From an uncultured Candidatus Saccharibacteria bacterium (GTDB lineage: Bacteria > Patescibacteriota > Minisyncoccia > Phycocordibacterales > UBA1006), in contig CAYXKF010000001.1 in NCBI GenBank assembly GCA_964464735.1, positions 35,690 to 99,689 on the forward strand: a stretch of DNA of 64,000 nt. The letters are read 5' to 3'. Shown in pieces: positions 1 to 9,492 of the stretch. A program made the translations under genes and the position numbers. Each line of letters starts with the position of its first letter. The stretch's first letter is position 1. The notes under the pieces are model-generated. The model made no database searches and was not told the DNA's origin. It saw only the letters and a program-made list of their open reading frames with translations.

Positions 1-2
1 CG

Positions 3-347
3 ATTGTCGCGCAGTCGGTCGTTGATTGGTTTGCTGATGCTCATCATCAAAAAATAGTTACCGATTTGCTTGAACAAATAACCATCACCAATCCTACGGC
101 GGTAACCAAAAAAACAAACTCTACACTTGTTGGAAAAATATTTGTACTAACTGGAACGCTTCCAACTTTATCGCGCGATGAAGCAAAAGAATTAATCCGA
201 AAGGCGGGTGCGAAAGTGGCAAGCAGTGTCTCGAAAAATACTGATTATGTGGTCGCAGGCGAAAGCGCGGGATCAAAACTTGATGAGGCGCAGAAGCTGG
301 GTGTAAAAATAATTGACGAAAACCAGTTTCTTGCCTTGATAAAATAA
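3..347 (+). CDS. ligA: NAD-dependent DNA ligase, C-terminal part with BRCT domain (5' truncated by window)
   Basis: Frame is open from the window edge ([10 protein letters not shown]...); BRCT signature [49 protein letters not shown]. Confidence 0.93.
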   Translation: MVAQSVVDWFADAHHQKIVTDLLEQITITNPTAVTKKTNSTLVGKIFVLTGTLPTLSRDEAKELIRKAGAKVASSVSKNTDYVVAGESAGSKLDEAQKLGVKIIDENQFLALIK

Positions 348-362
348 AAAGGCCCTGCTTTT

Positions 363-980
363 TTAAATTGCAGAGCGCTTTTCTTTCCGCTGGAGTATTT
401 TTATAACCAAGGGAAGAATAAAAAATATGTTATATATCGCAAACGTGCCTGCAAAAAAAATGTAAGGCACTGTCCATGTGGGGGCGATATATACCGTGAT
501 GATGTTCGTTATCCAAAATCCAATGTAGGATGGTAACGAGCTTAAGTTGGGTTTTTCCCAAGTTTTCCGTAGTAAAGGAATACCTGCAATCATTTGTGCG
601 ATTGTTGAAAAGATGGTTGCCCAGTATAAATCACCAGACATGAGAAAAATTGAGTATACCCACGCGATGAAACTTAGGGCAACTAAGACTGAAATAAAAG
701 TATCAAAGCCTTCCCAGATAATTTTCTGTTTTCTAGTGAGCATAAGAATGCTCATGGCGAGTGCGCCAATAACGAATGCGATCGTCATTGCGTAGCTTTT
801 TTGTTGCTGGATGGCAATGATACATGATACACAGTCTAATAGAAACCATAGGAACCAGGTAGTGAAACTTTGTCCCTCACCATCTTGTTTGATAATGGAA
901 AAAGCAATAGGAAGGTAAGAGCATGATGCTATACTTATGATAACCCAATCGGTTGGACGTAATTCAAGGAACTGATCCAT
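363..980 (-). CDS. multi-pass membrane protein of unknown function (AT-rich orphan cassette)
   Basis: 205 aa with about 7 hydrophobic segments; own promoter at 1004-1031. Confidence 0.75.
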   Translation of the reverse strand: MDQFLELRPTDWVIISIASCSYLPIAFSIIKQDGEGQSFTTWFLWFLLDCVSCIIAIQQQKSYAMTIAFVIGALAMSILMLTRKQKIIWEGFDTFISVLVALSFIAWVYSIFLMSGDLYWATIFSTIAQMIAGIPLLRKTWEKPNLSSLPSYIGFWITNIITVYIAPTWTVPYIFFAGTFAIYNIFFILPLVIKILQRKEKRSAI

Positions 981-1003
981 TAGCGGTAATTTTGTTGAAC
1001 TCT

Positions 1004-1031
1004 ACAGTACATTATAGTATTAAAATGTCAA
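1004..1031 (-). promoter_or_regulatory. sigma70-type promoter of 363..980
   Basis: Minus strand TTGACA-16nt-TACTGT. Confidence 0.55.
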
Positions 1032-1067
1032 ATAATATTTAATATGAGTTCTGATATACTTTCTTCT

Positions 1068-2720
1068 ATGAATCAATGCCAAAAGTGCCAAGCGCAATTC
1101 GAGATTACTGCCGACGATAATGCTTTTTATGAAAAAATGGGCGTGCTTGCTCCAACGCTATGCCCCAAATGCCGCGCGCAGCTGCGTTTAAGTTTTCGCA
1201 ATGAACGGGTGTTTTACAAGCGCGTTTGCGACCGTTGTCAAAAGCCGACCATTAGCATGTTTAGCCAAAACAAGCCGTATCCGGTGTGGTGCTATGACTG
1301 CTGGTGGGCGGACGATTGGGATCCTTCGGTATATGGGCAAGACTACGATCCGTCGCGTCCGTTTTTTGAACAATTTAAAAACCTGTATGCACGCGTTCCA
1401 AAGCCGGCGCTTGTTTCGATGCGCGGGGTGAACTGTGAATATTTAAATTATGCAGCCGACAATAAAAACTGCTATATGATTGTTGAAAGTTCGAATAATG
1501 AAGATTGCATTCATTGTTATTGGATCCAGCTTTCAAATAATTTGGTTGATTGTTCGTTTACCAATAAGGTTGAACTTTCGTATGAAAGCGATGATTGCTA
1601 CGATTCGTTTCGCTTACAGTATTGCCGAGGCTGCCACAGCTGCACCGACAGTTACTTTTTATTGAATTGCCGCGGATGTGCCAATTGTGTCGGATGTACC
1701 AACCTTCGTCAAAAGCAATACTGTATTTTTAATGAACAATATTCGAAAGCAGAATACGAAGAAAAACTAAAGTCATTTGGGTTTGATACGACAAGCGGTG
1801 TTGAACAATTTCGTAAACAATTTAATGAATTTGTAAAAAAGCAGCCGCGAAAATATGCCGAAATAACCAATGCGGTTAATTCGACTGGAAACTACATGGT
1901 GAATATAAAAAATAATAAAAACTGTTTTCATTCGTACGATGCCGAAGATAATGTGTATTGCGTGCATGCATGGCGCGGAGCGAAAGATTGCATGGATTGC
2001 AATACGGTAGGGCGCAATGCCGAAAAAATGTACAACACTTTAAATACCGGAATCGACGTGTCCAACTGCATTGGCTGTAGCGTTTGCTGGGGTTCGACTT
2101 TTATGACGTATTGTGTTAATTGCCCAAGCTCGGCAAACTGTTTTGGGTGCGTCGGCATGCGTACCAAAAAGTATGCCATTTTAAATAAACAGTATTCGCC
2201 CGAAGAATATGAAAAATTAAAAGCCCAGATTGTCAGTGACATGAAAGCCCAGGGTGTTTACGGTGATTTTATTCCAAAAGATGTTTCGGCATTTGGGTAT
2301 AACGAATCTTCGGCGGCAATTGAATTTCCGCTTTCTAAAGACGAAGCACTTGCCCAAGGGTTTAAATGGGAGGATACGCCGCGGGGGACATACGACAAAG
2401 AAACCAAACAGTGGAACGATGTTCCTGATTCGATCAACGACATTACTTTTAATGTTGTTCCTGAAATTTTTACCTGCACAAACTGCACCAAAAATTACAA
2501 AATTATTGCAAACGAACTTGCATTTTATAAACGCCTTAATATCCCACTTCCGCAATGTTGCCCAGATTGTCGTCATGAACGGCGACTAAAGGCGCGCGGG
2601 CCAAACGAACTACATACGCGCAGCTGTTCAAACTGCAATGCTTTGGTGCAAACGTCGTATTCAGAAACCGATGTCCCGATTGTGTATTGTGAAGCATGCT
2701 ATAACCAAGCGTTTGCATAA
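1068..2720 (+). CDS. Cys-rich CPR-type protein with zinc-ribbon termini
   Basis: CxxC pairs at both ends, central (N/C)xxC repeats, LCPxCRxxxRxxFRNERxFYxR motif typical of this CPR family; start set at ATG 1068, 7 nt after TATACT. Confidence 0.8.
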   Translation: MNQCQKCQAQFEITADDNAFYEKMGVLAPTLCPKCRAQLRLSFRNERVFYKRVCDRCQKPTISMFSQNKPYPVWCYDCWWADDWDPSVYGQDYDPSRPFFEQFKNLYARVPKPALVSMRGVNCEYLNYAADNKNCYMIVESSNNEDCIHCYWIQLSNNLVDCSFTNKVELSYESDDCYDSFRLQYCRGCHSCTDSYFLLNCRGCANCVGCTNLRQKQYCIFNEQYSKAEYEEKLKSFGFDTTSGVEQFRKQFNEFVKKQPRKYAEITNAVNSTGNYMVNIKNNKNCFHSYDAEDNVYCVHAWRGAKDCMDCNTVGRNAEKMYNTLNTGIDVSNCIGCSVCWGSTFMTYCVNCPSSANCFGCVGMRTKKYAILNKQYSPEEYEKLKAQIVSDMKAQGVYGDFIPKDVSAFGYNESSAAIEFPLSKDEALAQGFKWEDTPRGTYDKETKQWNDVPDSINDITFNVVPEIFTCTNCTKNYKIIANELAFYKRLNIPLPQCCPDCRHERRLKARGPNELHTRSCSNCNALVQTSYSETDVPIVYCEACYNQAFA

Positions 2721-2757
2721 ATAAAAGAGGCCGCGTTTGAGCGGTCCCTGTTTGTAA

Positions 2758-3192
2758 CTAATTATGATGAGGTGTGAATTTTTGGGTTTTTGCAAAAAAG
2801 ATTACTGCTAAGAATATCCATATTGCAGTCGTAGTCTCTGTCCATAGTTCGAACATGCAGCAGTTTTGGTGTGGCAAAATAAAGTAGAATATCCATTTTG
2901 TGGACGGTAAAGCAAAAACAGCACAAAGAAACAAAGTTTCCTTATTGGATGTTTTTAGGTCGTTATCTTTTACTACTCTTTTTTGAAATAAGTACAAGAA
3001 TACGATTGACATGAACATATAAGTGAATGGTTGAAGCAAAAGGGGAAAGTTGCTTAGTTGCCGTGGATCTATACTGAATAGATATCCGAACGTAAGTACA
3101 TTTATTACAGCAATAATAACTCCCGCTTTCCAATGAAATATGAGCTTGCCAGCTCGCAATAAGAAGTCTGACGGTATTTTCTTGGGCACCAT
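2758..3192 (-). CDS. small membrane protein of unknown function (AT-rich orphan cassette)
   Basis: 144 aa, 4 hydrophobic segments; own promoter at 3211-3239. Confidence 0.65.
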   Translation of the reverse strand: MVPKKIPSDFLLRAGKLIFHWKAGVIIAVINVLTFGYLFSIDPRQLSNFPLLLQPFTYMFMSIVFLYLFQKRVVKDNDLKTSNKETLFLCAVFALPSTKWIFYFILPHQNCCMFELWTETTTAIWIFLAVIFFAKTQKFTPHHN

Positions 3193-3210
3193 AAGTAGTT
3201 TTTGTTTTTT

Positions 3211-3239
3211 ACATTAGCTTGCTATGAGCAGTGTGTCAA
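3211..3239 (-). promoter_or_regulatory. sigma70-type promoter of 2758..3192
   Basis: Minus strand TTGACA-17nt-TAATGT. Confidence 0.55.
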
Positions 3240-3291
3240 CCCTACACGTATATACTCGCGTCTTTTATGAAAATGTGTATAATCTTTTTTC

Positions 3292-3576
3292 ATGGACGCA
3301 CAGCAGATAAAACATTTTGCACGCCTTGCGCGCATTGGTGTAACCGATACCGAAGCCGACAGTTTGGCGCGTGACGTTAGTCGCATTCTTGAATTTGTTG
3401 ATACGCTGCAAAAGATCGTGCCCGACCAGTCGTATTTAAGCGCAGTCAATCATACGCATGTCGACACTAATCATGTGCGCGATGATGTTCCGCTTGATTC
3501 GGATGCCGCGGTCGATATCGTAAACGGTTTTCCTAAATCAGTAAAAGGGATGCTTAAGGTTCCTAAAGTTTTGTAA
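3292..3576 (+). CDS. gatC: Asp/Glu-tRNA amidotransferase subunit C
   Basis: IKHFARLARI N-terminus, VRDD, LKVPKVL C-terminus; directly upstream of gatA. Confidence 0.92.
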   Translation: MDAQQIKHFARLARIGVTDTEADSLARDVSRILEFVDTLQKIVPDQSYLSAVNHTHVDTNHVRDDVPLDSDAAVDIVNGFPKSVKGMLKVPKVL

Positions 3577-3577
3577 T

Positions 3578-4981
3578 ATGGATATCGACTTATCACAACT
3601 AACCATTGCAAAGGCACACGAGATGCTGGTTGCAAAGCAGATCACGCCCAAGCAATTAATCGAAGCGTACAAGGCCGAGATTGCAAAACGTAATCCAGGG
3701 GTTAATGCATTTTTGGAAGTGTTTGACGATCCGATTCCAACCGAGGTTGATCCCGACAAGCTGCTTTCGTGTATTCCCATCGCATTGAAAGATAATATTT
3801 TAATGCAAGGCCACATTGCAAGCGCTTCATCGAAGATGCTTGAGCATTATGTTGCGCCGTATGATGCAACAGTGGTTAAAAAATTAAAAGAAGCGGGCGC
3901 ATACATTATTGGCCGTACGAACATGGATGAATTTGCGATGGGAAGTTCGACCGAAACGTCGGCATACGGCGTTACCAAAAACCCGATCGACGAATCGCGC
4001 GTTCCCGGCGGATCAAGCGGTGGCGCCGCTGCGGCTTTGGCGATGAATGGAGCATTAGGTGCTTTGGGTACCGACACAGCCGGTTCGGTTCGCCAACCAG
4101 CGGGCTTTTGCGGTGCGGTAGGGTTGTATCCGACCTATGGATCCGTTTCGCGCTATGGCGCAATTGCCATGGGTTCGTCGCTTGACCAGGTTGGTCCTAT
4201 TACCAAGACCGTCGAGGACTGTGAAATACTTTTTAATGCAATTAGTGGTTACGATGCGCACGACGCAAATTCACTTTCGACCGAAACACGCCTTCGTATG
4301 GCAAGCCGCCCGATGGGCAAGCGCATTGGTGTTCCGACCGAGGTGCTTGAAAAAGACGGTATCGACCCCGATGTGCGTGCAAACTTTAACGAATCAATCG
4401 AAAAGATGAAGGCGCTGGGTTACGAAATCGTGCCGATCTCGCTCCCGCATATTTTTTATTCGCTTCCGGCGTACTACATTATTATTCCGGCCGAAGTGTC
4501 ATCAAATCTGGCACGTCTTGACGGGCTTCGCTATGGCACTGCAGCGCCCGAAGGAATGGACCTGTTTAATTCGTATCTTGAAAGCCGTGAACAGGGGTTT
4601 GGTGCCGAAGTAAAACGCCGCATCATTTTAGGGACATATATTTTATCGTCAGGCCACTACGAATCATATTACGCACTTGCGCAGCATATCCGGTCGCTTA
4701 TTACCGACGACTTTGTAAAGGCGTTTGAAAAAGTTGATATCATTGCGACACCGACTTCGCCAACAACCGCATTTAAGATCGGCGAAAAACAAGATCCAGT
4801 ATCAATGTATCTTGCCGATATCTTTACGGTACCTGCCGACTTGGCCGGAATCCCAGCAATTGCGATTCCATCAGGAAAGGATGCAAATGGCCTGCCGTAT
4901 AGCATGCACTTTAATGCACCGCATGGATGCGAACAATATTTGTTTGACGTTGGAAAAGATTTTGAAAGCGTTGTACAATAA
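3578..4981 (+). CDS. gatA: Asp/Glu-tRNA amidotransferase subunit A
   Basis: Amidase signature IALKDNI, TNMDEFAMGSS, PGGSSGG, GTDTAGSVRQPA, SSNLARLDGLRYG. Confidence 0.97.
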   Translation: MDIDLSQLTIAKAHEMLVAKQITPKQLIEAYKAEIAKRNPGVNAFLEVFDDPIPTEVDPDKLLSCIPIALKDNILMQGHIASASSKMLEHYVAPYDATVVKKLKEAGAYIIGRTNMDEFAMGSSTETSAYGVTKNPIDESRVPGGSSGGAAAALAMNGALGALGTDTAGSVRQPAGFCGAVGLYPTYGSVSRYGAIAMGSSLDQVGPITKTVEDCEILFNAISGYDAHDANSLSTETRLRMASRPMGKRIGVPTEVLEKDGIDPDVRANFNESIEKMKALGYEIVPISLPHIFYSLPAYYIIIPAEVSSNLARLDGLRYGTAAPEGMDLFNSYLESREQGFGAEVKRRIILGTYILSSGHYESYYALAQHIRSLITDDFVKAFEKVDIIATPTSPTTAFKIGEKQDPVSMYLADIFTVPADLAGIPAIAIPSGKDANGLPYSMHFNAPHGCEQYLFDVGKDFESVVQ

Positions 4982-5023
4982 ACGCATTGCATTTGTGCCA
5001 CAGGCACATTAACGCAAAACCAC

Positions 5024-5659
5024 ATGTTCGAAGGCGTCCGATTTTTGAATGTCGAATATTTTTTTAACAAGATCGCTGATTTTTTTGCGACTGTTTTTGG
5101 TTATTTGTTTGGCCGTACTTCGGGGGGTACCGTTGATGTGTATCACCGCGGATCAGATGGCCTGCTGGAAGTTTCGCGCAGCAGTGGGCAAGGGTATCAT
5201 ATTTTCTTATTTATCGTCGGCTTTATTGCGCTGATGATGATCATTTATTATTTGTACCTTTCGTACGAAATCCGCCAGATGGAAGTCGAGCATGTAAACC
5301 ATTGGCATGCGCCCGAAACGCACCGCACACAGTCGGCCAATCCGCGCCTTCAGCGATGGGAGAAAGTCGTAGGATTATTCAATTCGTCCGACCATACGCA
5401 GTGGCGTCTTGCTATTATTGAAGCTGACACTATGTTAGAGGAATTAATGGAATATCTAGGTTTTGATGGTACTAATTTAGGTGAACGGCTTAAATCGGCA
5501 TCGGTGCGTGTTTTTCCACCGCTTCAAGACGCATGGGAAGTACATAATTTACGTAATCGCTTGGCGCACGAAGGACTTACCTACGACCTGCAGCAAGACG
5601 AAGCAATGCGCGCGCGCAAGATCTACGAAAACCTGTTTCGGGGGTATAATTTTATTTAG
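5024..5659 (+). CDS. membrane-anchored protein with C-terminal RX4H (HEPN-like) motif
   Basis: TM helix at about aa 58-80; LAIIEAD...LGERLK...AWEVHNLRNRLAHE. Confidence 0.7.
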   Translation: MFEGVRFLNVEYFFNKIADFFATVFGYLFGRTSGGTVDVYHRGSDGLLEVSRSSGQGYHIFLFIVGFIALMMIIYYLYLSYEIRQMEVEHVNHWHAPETHRTQSANPRLQRWEKVVGLFNSSDHTQWRLAIIEADTMLEELMEYLGFDGTNLGERLKSASVRVFPPLQDAWEVHNLRNRLAHEGLTYDLQQDEAMRARKIYENLFRGYNFI

Positions 5660-5721
5660 CACTAAGTCGCTGCTGCTTGCGCATTTGGTTATTTTCGGTA
5701 TAGTAGTTCGGTTCACTTTAT

Positions 5722-5792
5722 AGCGGGGTGGAGTAATGGTAGCTCACCGGGCTCATAACCCGGGGGTGCCCGTTCGAATCGGGCCCCCGCAA
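5722..5792 (+). tRNA. tRNA-fMet (CAT), initiator
   Basis: Cloverleaf; anticodon arm CCGGG-CTCATAA-CCCGG with three consecutive G:C pairs; unpaired 1:72 (A:A); GTTCGAATC T-loop. Confidence 0.92.
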
Positions 5793-5845
5793 CACGATCA
5801 TATTTTCTCGTTGATTTTTTGCCCCGCTTAGGGTATCTTTCTCGT

Positions 5846-5922
5846 GTCGGGGTAGCTCAGTTGGTTAGAGCGTAGCACTCATAAAGCTAAGGTCGGCGGT
5901 TCGATCCCGCCCCTCGACACCA
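5846..5922 (+). tRNA. tRNA-Met (CAT), probably elongator
   Basis: GTCGGGG/CCTCGAC acceptor, CTCATAA loop, encoded CCA; Ile2 identity not fully excluded. Confidence 0.85.
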
Positions 5923-5976
5923 GCGGTGGATTTTTTGCATACGTATGCTAAGATGCGCCGGTACAATTACATAGAT

Positions 5977-6050
5977 GCAGTCGTAGCTCAACTGGTTAGA
6001 GCACCCGCCTGTCACGCGGGAGGTTGCGGGTTCGAGTCCCGTCGACTGCG
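5977..6050 (+). tRNA. tRNA-Asp (GTC)
   Basis: CCCGC-CTGTCAC-GCGGG anticodon arm, G discriminator. Confidence 0.95.
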
Positions 6051-6057
6051 CAGAAAG

Positions 6058-6088
6058 CAAAAACAGCCACCTGAAAAGGGCTGTTTTT
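6058..6088 (+). terminator. intrinsic terminator after tRNA cluster
   Basis: AAACAGCC...GGCTGTTTTT hairpin with T tract. Confidence 0.6.
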
Positions 6089-6132
6089 GCGTATGGTCGT
6101 TATCCTGAATTTTAAAAATATGGTATTCTGGC

Positions 6133-6720
6133 ATGATGGAAGGAGTGATTCTATTTGCACAGCAAGTAAAACCGATCGTCATAATTATTCATGCGATAGC
6201 AGGCGCAATTGCGTTGGGTGCAACAACCGTTACCGACTATCTTTTTTTTCAATTCCTTAAGGATCTTAAAATCACGGTGCGCGAATCACAGACCCTTGCG
6301 CTGCTATCGAACATTTTGTGGACGGCGCTTGCAATACTGATCGTCTCGGGCTGTTTATTATTTTTAAGCGACATTGCGCGGTATTCGCACAGCAGCAAGT
6401 TTTTGGTTAAATGTGTCGTCGTGGGGGTCATTGCGATCAATGGATATATTTTGCACCGCGTCGTTACACCGCGCATGATCCAGCTTGATTTCATTACGCG
6501 CGCGCATCGTGATAACCACGTCGCACTCAAACGCTTAGCCTTTGCATGCGGAGGCGTCTCGGTCTTTTCGTGGTACTTGGCATTTGTGCTGGGCATGCTT
6601 GCGCGGATTGCGATGCCATTTTGGATATTGGTTGTCATCTACGCAATCGCGCTCGTCGGTATTATGTTAACGGGGCAGGTGGTCTATTGGTACTATCATC
6701 GACGCGCTCCAAAAGCATAA
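6133..6720 (+). CDS. multi-pass membrane protein
   Basis: 195 aa, about 5 TM segments with intramembrane His residues. Confidence 0.75.
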   Translation: MMEGVILFAQQVKPIVIIIHAIAGAIALGATTVTDYLFFQFLKDLKITVRESQTLALLSNILWTALAILIVSGCLLFLSDIARYSHSSKFLVKCVVVGVIAINGYILHRVVTPRMIQLDFITRAHRDNHVALKRLAFACGGVSVFSWYLAFVLGMLARIAMPFWILVVIYAIALVGIMLTGQVVYWYYHRRAPKA

Positions 6721-6723
6721 TCT

Positions 6724-7557
6724 ATGAATCACGGGCCGCGTGTTCTTATTTTCTTAGTAACGTTGTGCATTATTGTTTTTTTAGCACAGCTGCGCGTTCC
6801 GATATCGCAGCCATCAGTGGCCGTGCCAATTGCACCAATTGACGAAGTGATTAAAAATACGACGCTGCCGTTGTATAAACGGTTCATGGTTTTGTCGCCG
6901 GTTTCGTTATACATGCAAACACATTTTAGCGACGGCGCAAAAAATCCTTGCCCAAAGCCCAAGCAGTTGTACTCGGACATGTTTTTTGCATTCGTCGATT
7001 TTACCCATGCGCTTCCAGATGGATATGTGCCTAATGACTTAGTTCCATTGCCATCACGTTTTGTAAAAAAGACTAGCGGTACGGTATGCATGCGCGCCGA
7101 GGCCGCAGACGCCATGATCGCGATGCTTACTGATGCGGCAAATTCACAACAGTCAATCGTTGTTTCGTCGGCATTTCGTTCGTCTGAAACGCAAGAGACA
7201 ATTTTAAATGAACGCTTAAACACCATCGGCGAAGCGGCGTATACCCATGTGGCGCTTCCGGGGCATTCGGAACACCAGCTGGGAACGACCGCCGACTTGG
7301 CGGCATTGTCGCTTAATTATTCCTCAGCCGCGCACGCATTTGGTGATTCGATCGAAGGAAAGTGGATTGCGGCGCATGCAGTCGAATATGGTTTTGTGCA
7401 AAGTTACCCATACGGAAAAGAGCCGATTACTGGCTACATTTACGAACCGTGGCATTACCGCTACGTTGGTTTACAAACTGCAAATGCGGTTGTTAATGCA
7501 AGCTTGACTTTGACTGAATATTTAAACCCTGAATTGCTATTAGGCCAACAAAATTGA
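6724..7557 (+). CDS. M15B (VanY-like) D-Ala-D-Ala carboxypeptidase
   Basis: N-terminal TM; SAFRS, PGHSEHQLGTTAD and YEPWHYRYVG motifs. Confidence 0.9.
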   Translation: MNHGPRVLIFLVTLCIIVFLAQLRVPISQPSVAVPIAPIDEVIKNTTLPLYKRFMVLSPVSLYMQTHFSDGAKNPCPKPKQLYSDMFFAFVDFTHALPDGYVPNDLVPLPSRFVKKTSGTVCMRAEAADAMIAMLTDAANSQQSIVVSSAFRSSETQETILNERLNTIGEAAYTHVALPGHSEHQLGTTADLAALSLNYSSAAHAFGDSIEGKWIAAHAVEYGFVQSYPYGKEPITGYIYEPWHYRYVGLQTANAVVNASLTLTEYLNPELLLGQQN

Positions 7558-7619
7558 CAAAGTTTTTTAGCTGTTTCGTTTCCCCTTAGTCCATTACAAG
7601 AGGAGTATAATGAAAATAT

Positions 7620-8885
7620 ATGAAGACGACGTGGCAAAACCAACACGTGCCTACTGAGTCAGAATTGATGGGTAATCTTTTGACCGATGTCGTTATTGTG
7701 GGTGCAGGTGTTGCTGGAACCACGACAGCATATTTGCTTGCCCTGGCTGGCGTGCGCGCCATTGTGCTTGAAAAAGGCGAAATAGTGCAAAACTCGACGA
7801 CCGCCTACACGACCGGATTTTTAGTTTCTGATATTGATACCGACTTGGTTGACCTTATAAAAATATTTGGTGCCGAAAATGCAAAAACAATTTGGTCGTC
7901 GCATGCGCATGCAATTGATGCAATCGAACGTATTGTAAAAAAAGAAAAAATAGAATGCGAATTTATGCGCGCCGATGAATACTGGCTTGCAACATCAAAA
8001 AATTCAAGCAAGCAACTGCGCACCGAAGCGGCATTAGCGCGATCGTATGGTTTTAGTATTGCCGAAGTTCCGATTATGAACCCGTTTGGTTCTTTTGACA
8101 GCATACATGTGTTTAAAAATCAGGCAAAGTTTCATGCCATCAAATATTTGGCTGCGTTGCGCGAAGCGGCGATACAAAATGGGGCAGTGTTTTTTGATAA
8201 TACCGAAGTCGTGCAGATAAGCGGTGATGCACTGGTAACTGTTACTACTAGTGATGGTAAAAAAGTAACCGCACGGCATTTGGTTATTGCAACGTACGAA
8301 CCGTTTTATAACCCCTGGCGGCTGTTTGCCAAAAAGGGAATGTACGTTTCGTATGTTTACGAGTTGGCAGTGCCAAAGGCGGTAATTCCCGAAGGGTTGT
8401 ATCAAGATAGTCATAATCCGTATCACTACATGCGCGTCGACCAAATTGGCGGTGACGAGGATCGCATGATCATTGGCGGTGAAGACCGGCGCGAGGAACT
8501 GCCTGCGGCATTAAAAAAGAATTTTGCCGCACTCTTAAGTTATTTTGAAAAGCAATTTCCTGGTATCGCGTATCGCATCGTAACGCAGTGGGATGGACCG
8601 ATACTTGAATCGATCGATGGCATTGCGTTTATTGGATCATATTGCAATAAGCATCCTAATCGACACATTGCGACCGCGTTTTCGGGAAACGGTATGACCT
8701 ATGGCTATTTGGCAGGTGAAATTATTTCTGACGCTATTTTAGGAAACAAAAATCCATATGCAAAAATATATACTCCTATGCGCCGGCATATCACATTTTG
8801 GGGAATCGTTATAAAAACCCGCGATTACGTCGGTGAATTTTTTGGCGCGTATCTTAAAAACATTTTTAAGAAAAAGCATTCGTGA
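7620..8885 (+). CDS. FAD-dependent oxidoreductase (DAO/YhfW-like, no Rieske domain)
   Basis: DVVIVGAGVAG Rossmann motif, QAKFHAIKY, TAFSGNGMTYG. Confidence 0.88.
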   Translation: MKTTWQNQHVPTESELMGNLLTDVVIVGAGVAGTTTAYLLALAGVRAIVLEKGEIVQNSTTAYTTGFLVSDIDTDLVDLIKIFGAENAKTIWSSHAHAIDAIERIVKKEKIECEFMRADEYWLATSKNSSKQLRTEAALARSYGFSIAEVPIMNPFGSFDSIHVFKNQAKFHAIKYLAALREAAIQNGAVFFDNTEVVQISGDALVTVTTSDGKKVTARHLVIATYEPFYNPWRLFAKKGMYVSYVYELAVPKAVIPEGLYQDSHNPYHYMRVDQIGGDEDRMIIGGEDRREELPAALKKNFAALLSYFEKQFPGIAYRIVTQWDGPILESIDGIAFIGSYCNKHPNRHIATAFSGNGMTYGYLAGEIISDAILGNKNPYAKIYTPMRRHITFWGIVIKTRDYVGEFFGAYLKNIFKKKHS

Positions 8886-8957
8886 GCCGTTGGCCGGGAT
8901 TGAACCGGCGACCTCGTCCTTACCATGGACGCGCTCTACCAACTGAGCTACAACGGC
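8885..8957 (-). tRNA. tRNA-Thr (GGT)
   Basis: Minus strand GCCGTTGTAGCTCAGTTGGTAGAGC..CGTCC-ATGGTAA-GGACG..GGTTCAATCCC. Confidence 0.93.
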
Positions 8958-9024
8958 AATAACTTCGCCATACTACATTGTTTTATATATTTTTTCAATA
9001 ACCGCTATCTGGTATACTGACACT

Positions 9025-9348
9025 ATGGCAAAGCTGATGAAACTGGTGATTTATAGCCCAATTGATAGCACGCAAAAGATACTTGATGCCCTTGGCGCTG
9101 CTGGTGCGGGGCACATTGGCAACTATTCGCACTGCACATTCACCATGCGCGGAACCGGCCGCTTTAAGCCGCTTGATGGGGCGCAACCGGCAGTTGGCGA
9201 AGTAGGAAAACTTGAAGAAGTAATCGAGGATCGCATCGAGACCGTCTGTGAATTTGATAAGGTAAAAACTGCGATCGAAGCAGTCAGGGCAGTGCATCCC
9301 TACGAAGAGCCGGCAATTGACGTGTATCCTATCGAAGTCGTCGAATAG
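9025..9348 (+). CDS. YqfO/NIF3 central-domain-like (PII-like) protein
   Basis: AGAGHIGNYSHCTF..GTGRFKPLDGAQP..VHPYEEPAIDVYP. Confidence 0.88.
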   Translation: MAKLMKLVIYSPIDSTQKILDALGAAGAGHIGNYSHCTFTMRGTGRFKPLDGAQPAVGEVGKLEEVIEDRIETVCEFDKVKTAIEAVRAVHPYEEPAIDVYPIEVVE

Positions 9349-9386
9349 TTTGAACTTTTTTGGTTTTCTGGTATCGTGAAGCTCGT

Positions 9387-9459
9387 GCCAGTGTAGCTCA
9401 GTTGGTAGAGCACAGCTTTCGTAAAGCTGGGGTCGTCGGTTCAATCCCGACCACTGGCT
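9387..9459 (+). tRNA. tRNA-Thr (CGT)
   Basis: GCCAGTG/CACTGGC acceptor; CAGCT-TTCGTAA-AGCTG anticodon arm. Confidence 0.93.
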
Positions 9460-9492
9460 CAGCCAGCTTACTGCACAACATCAGTCTTATTT

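Noticed and set aside
6724-7557. Vancomycin-resistance locus
   Set aside because: A lone M15B carboxypeptidase with no vanHAX or vanRS; a housekeeping peptidoglycan role is more likely.
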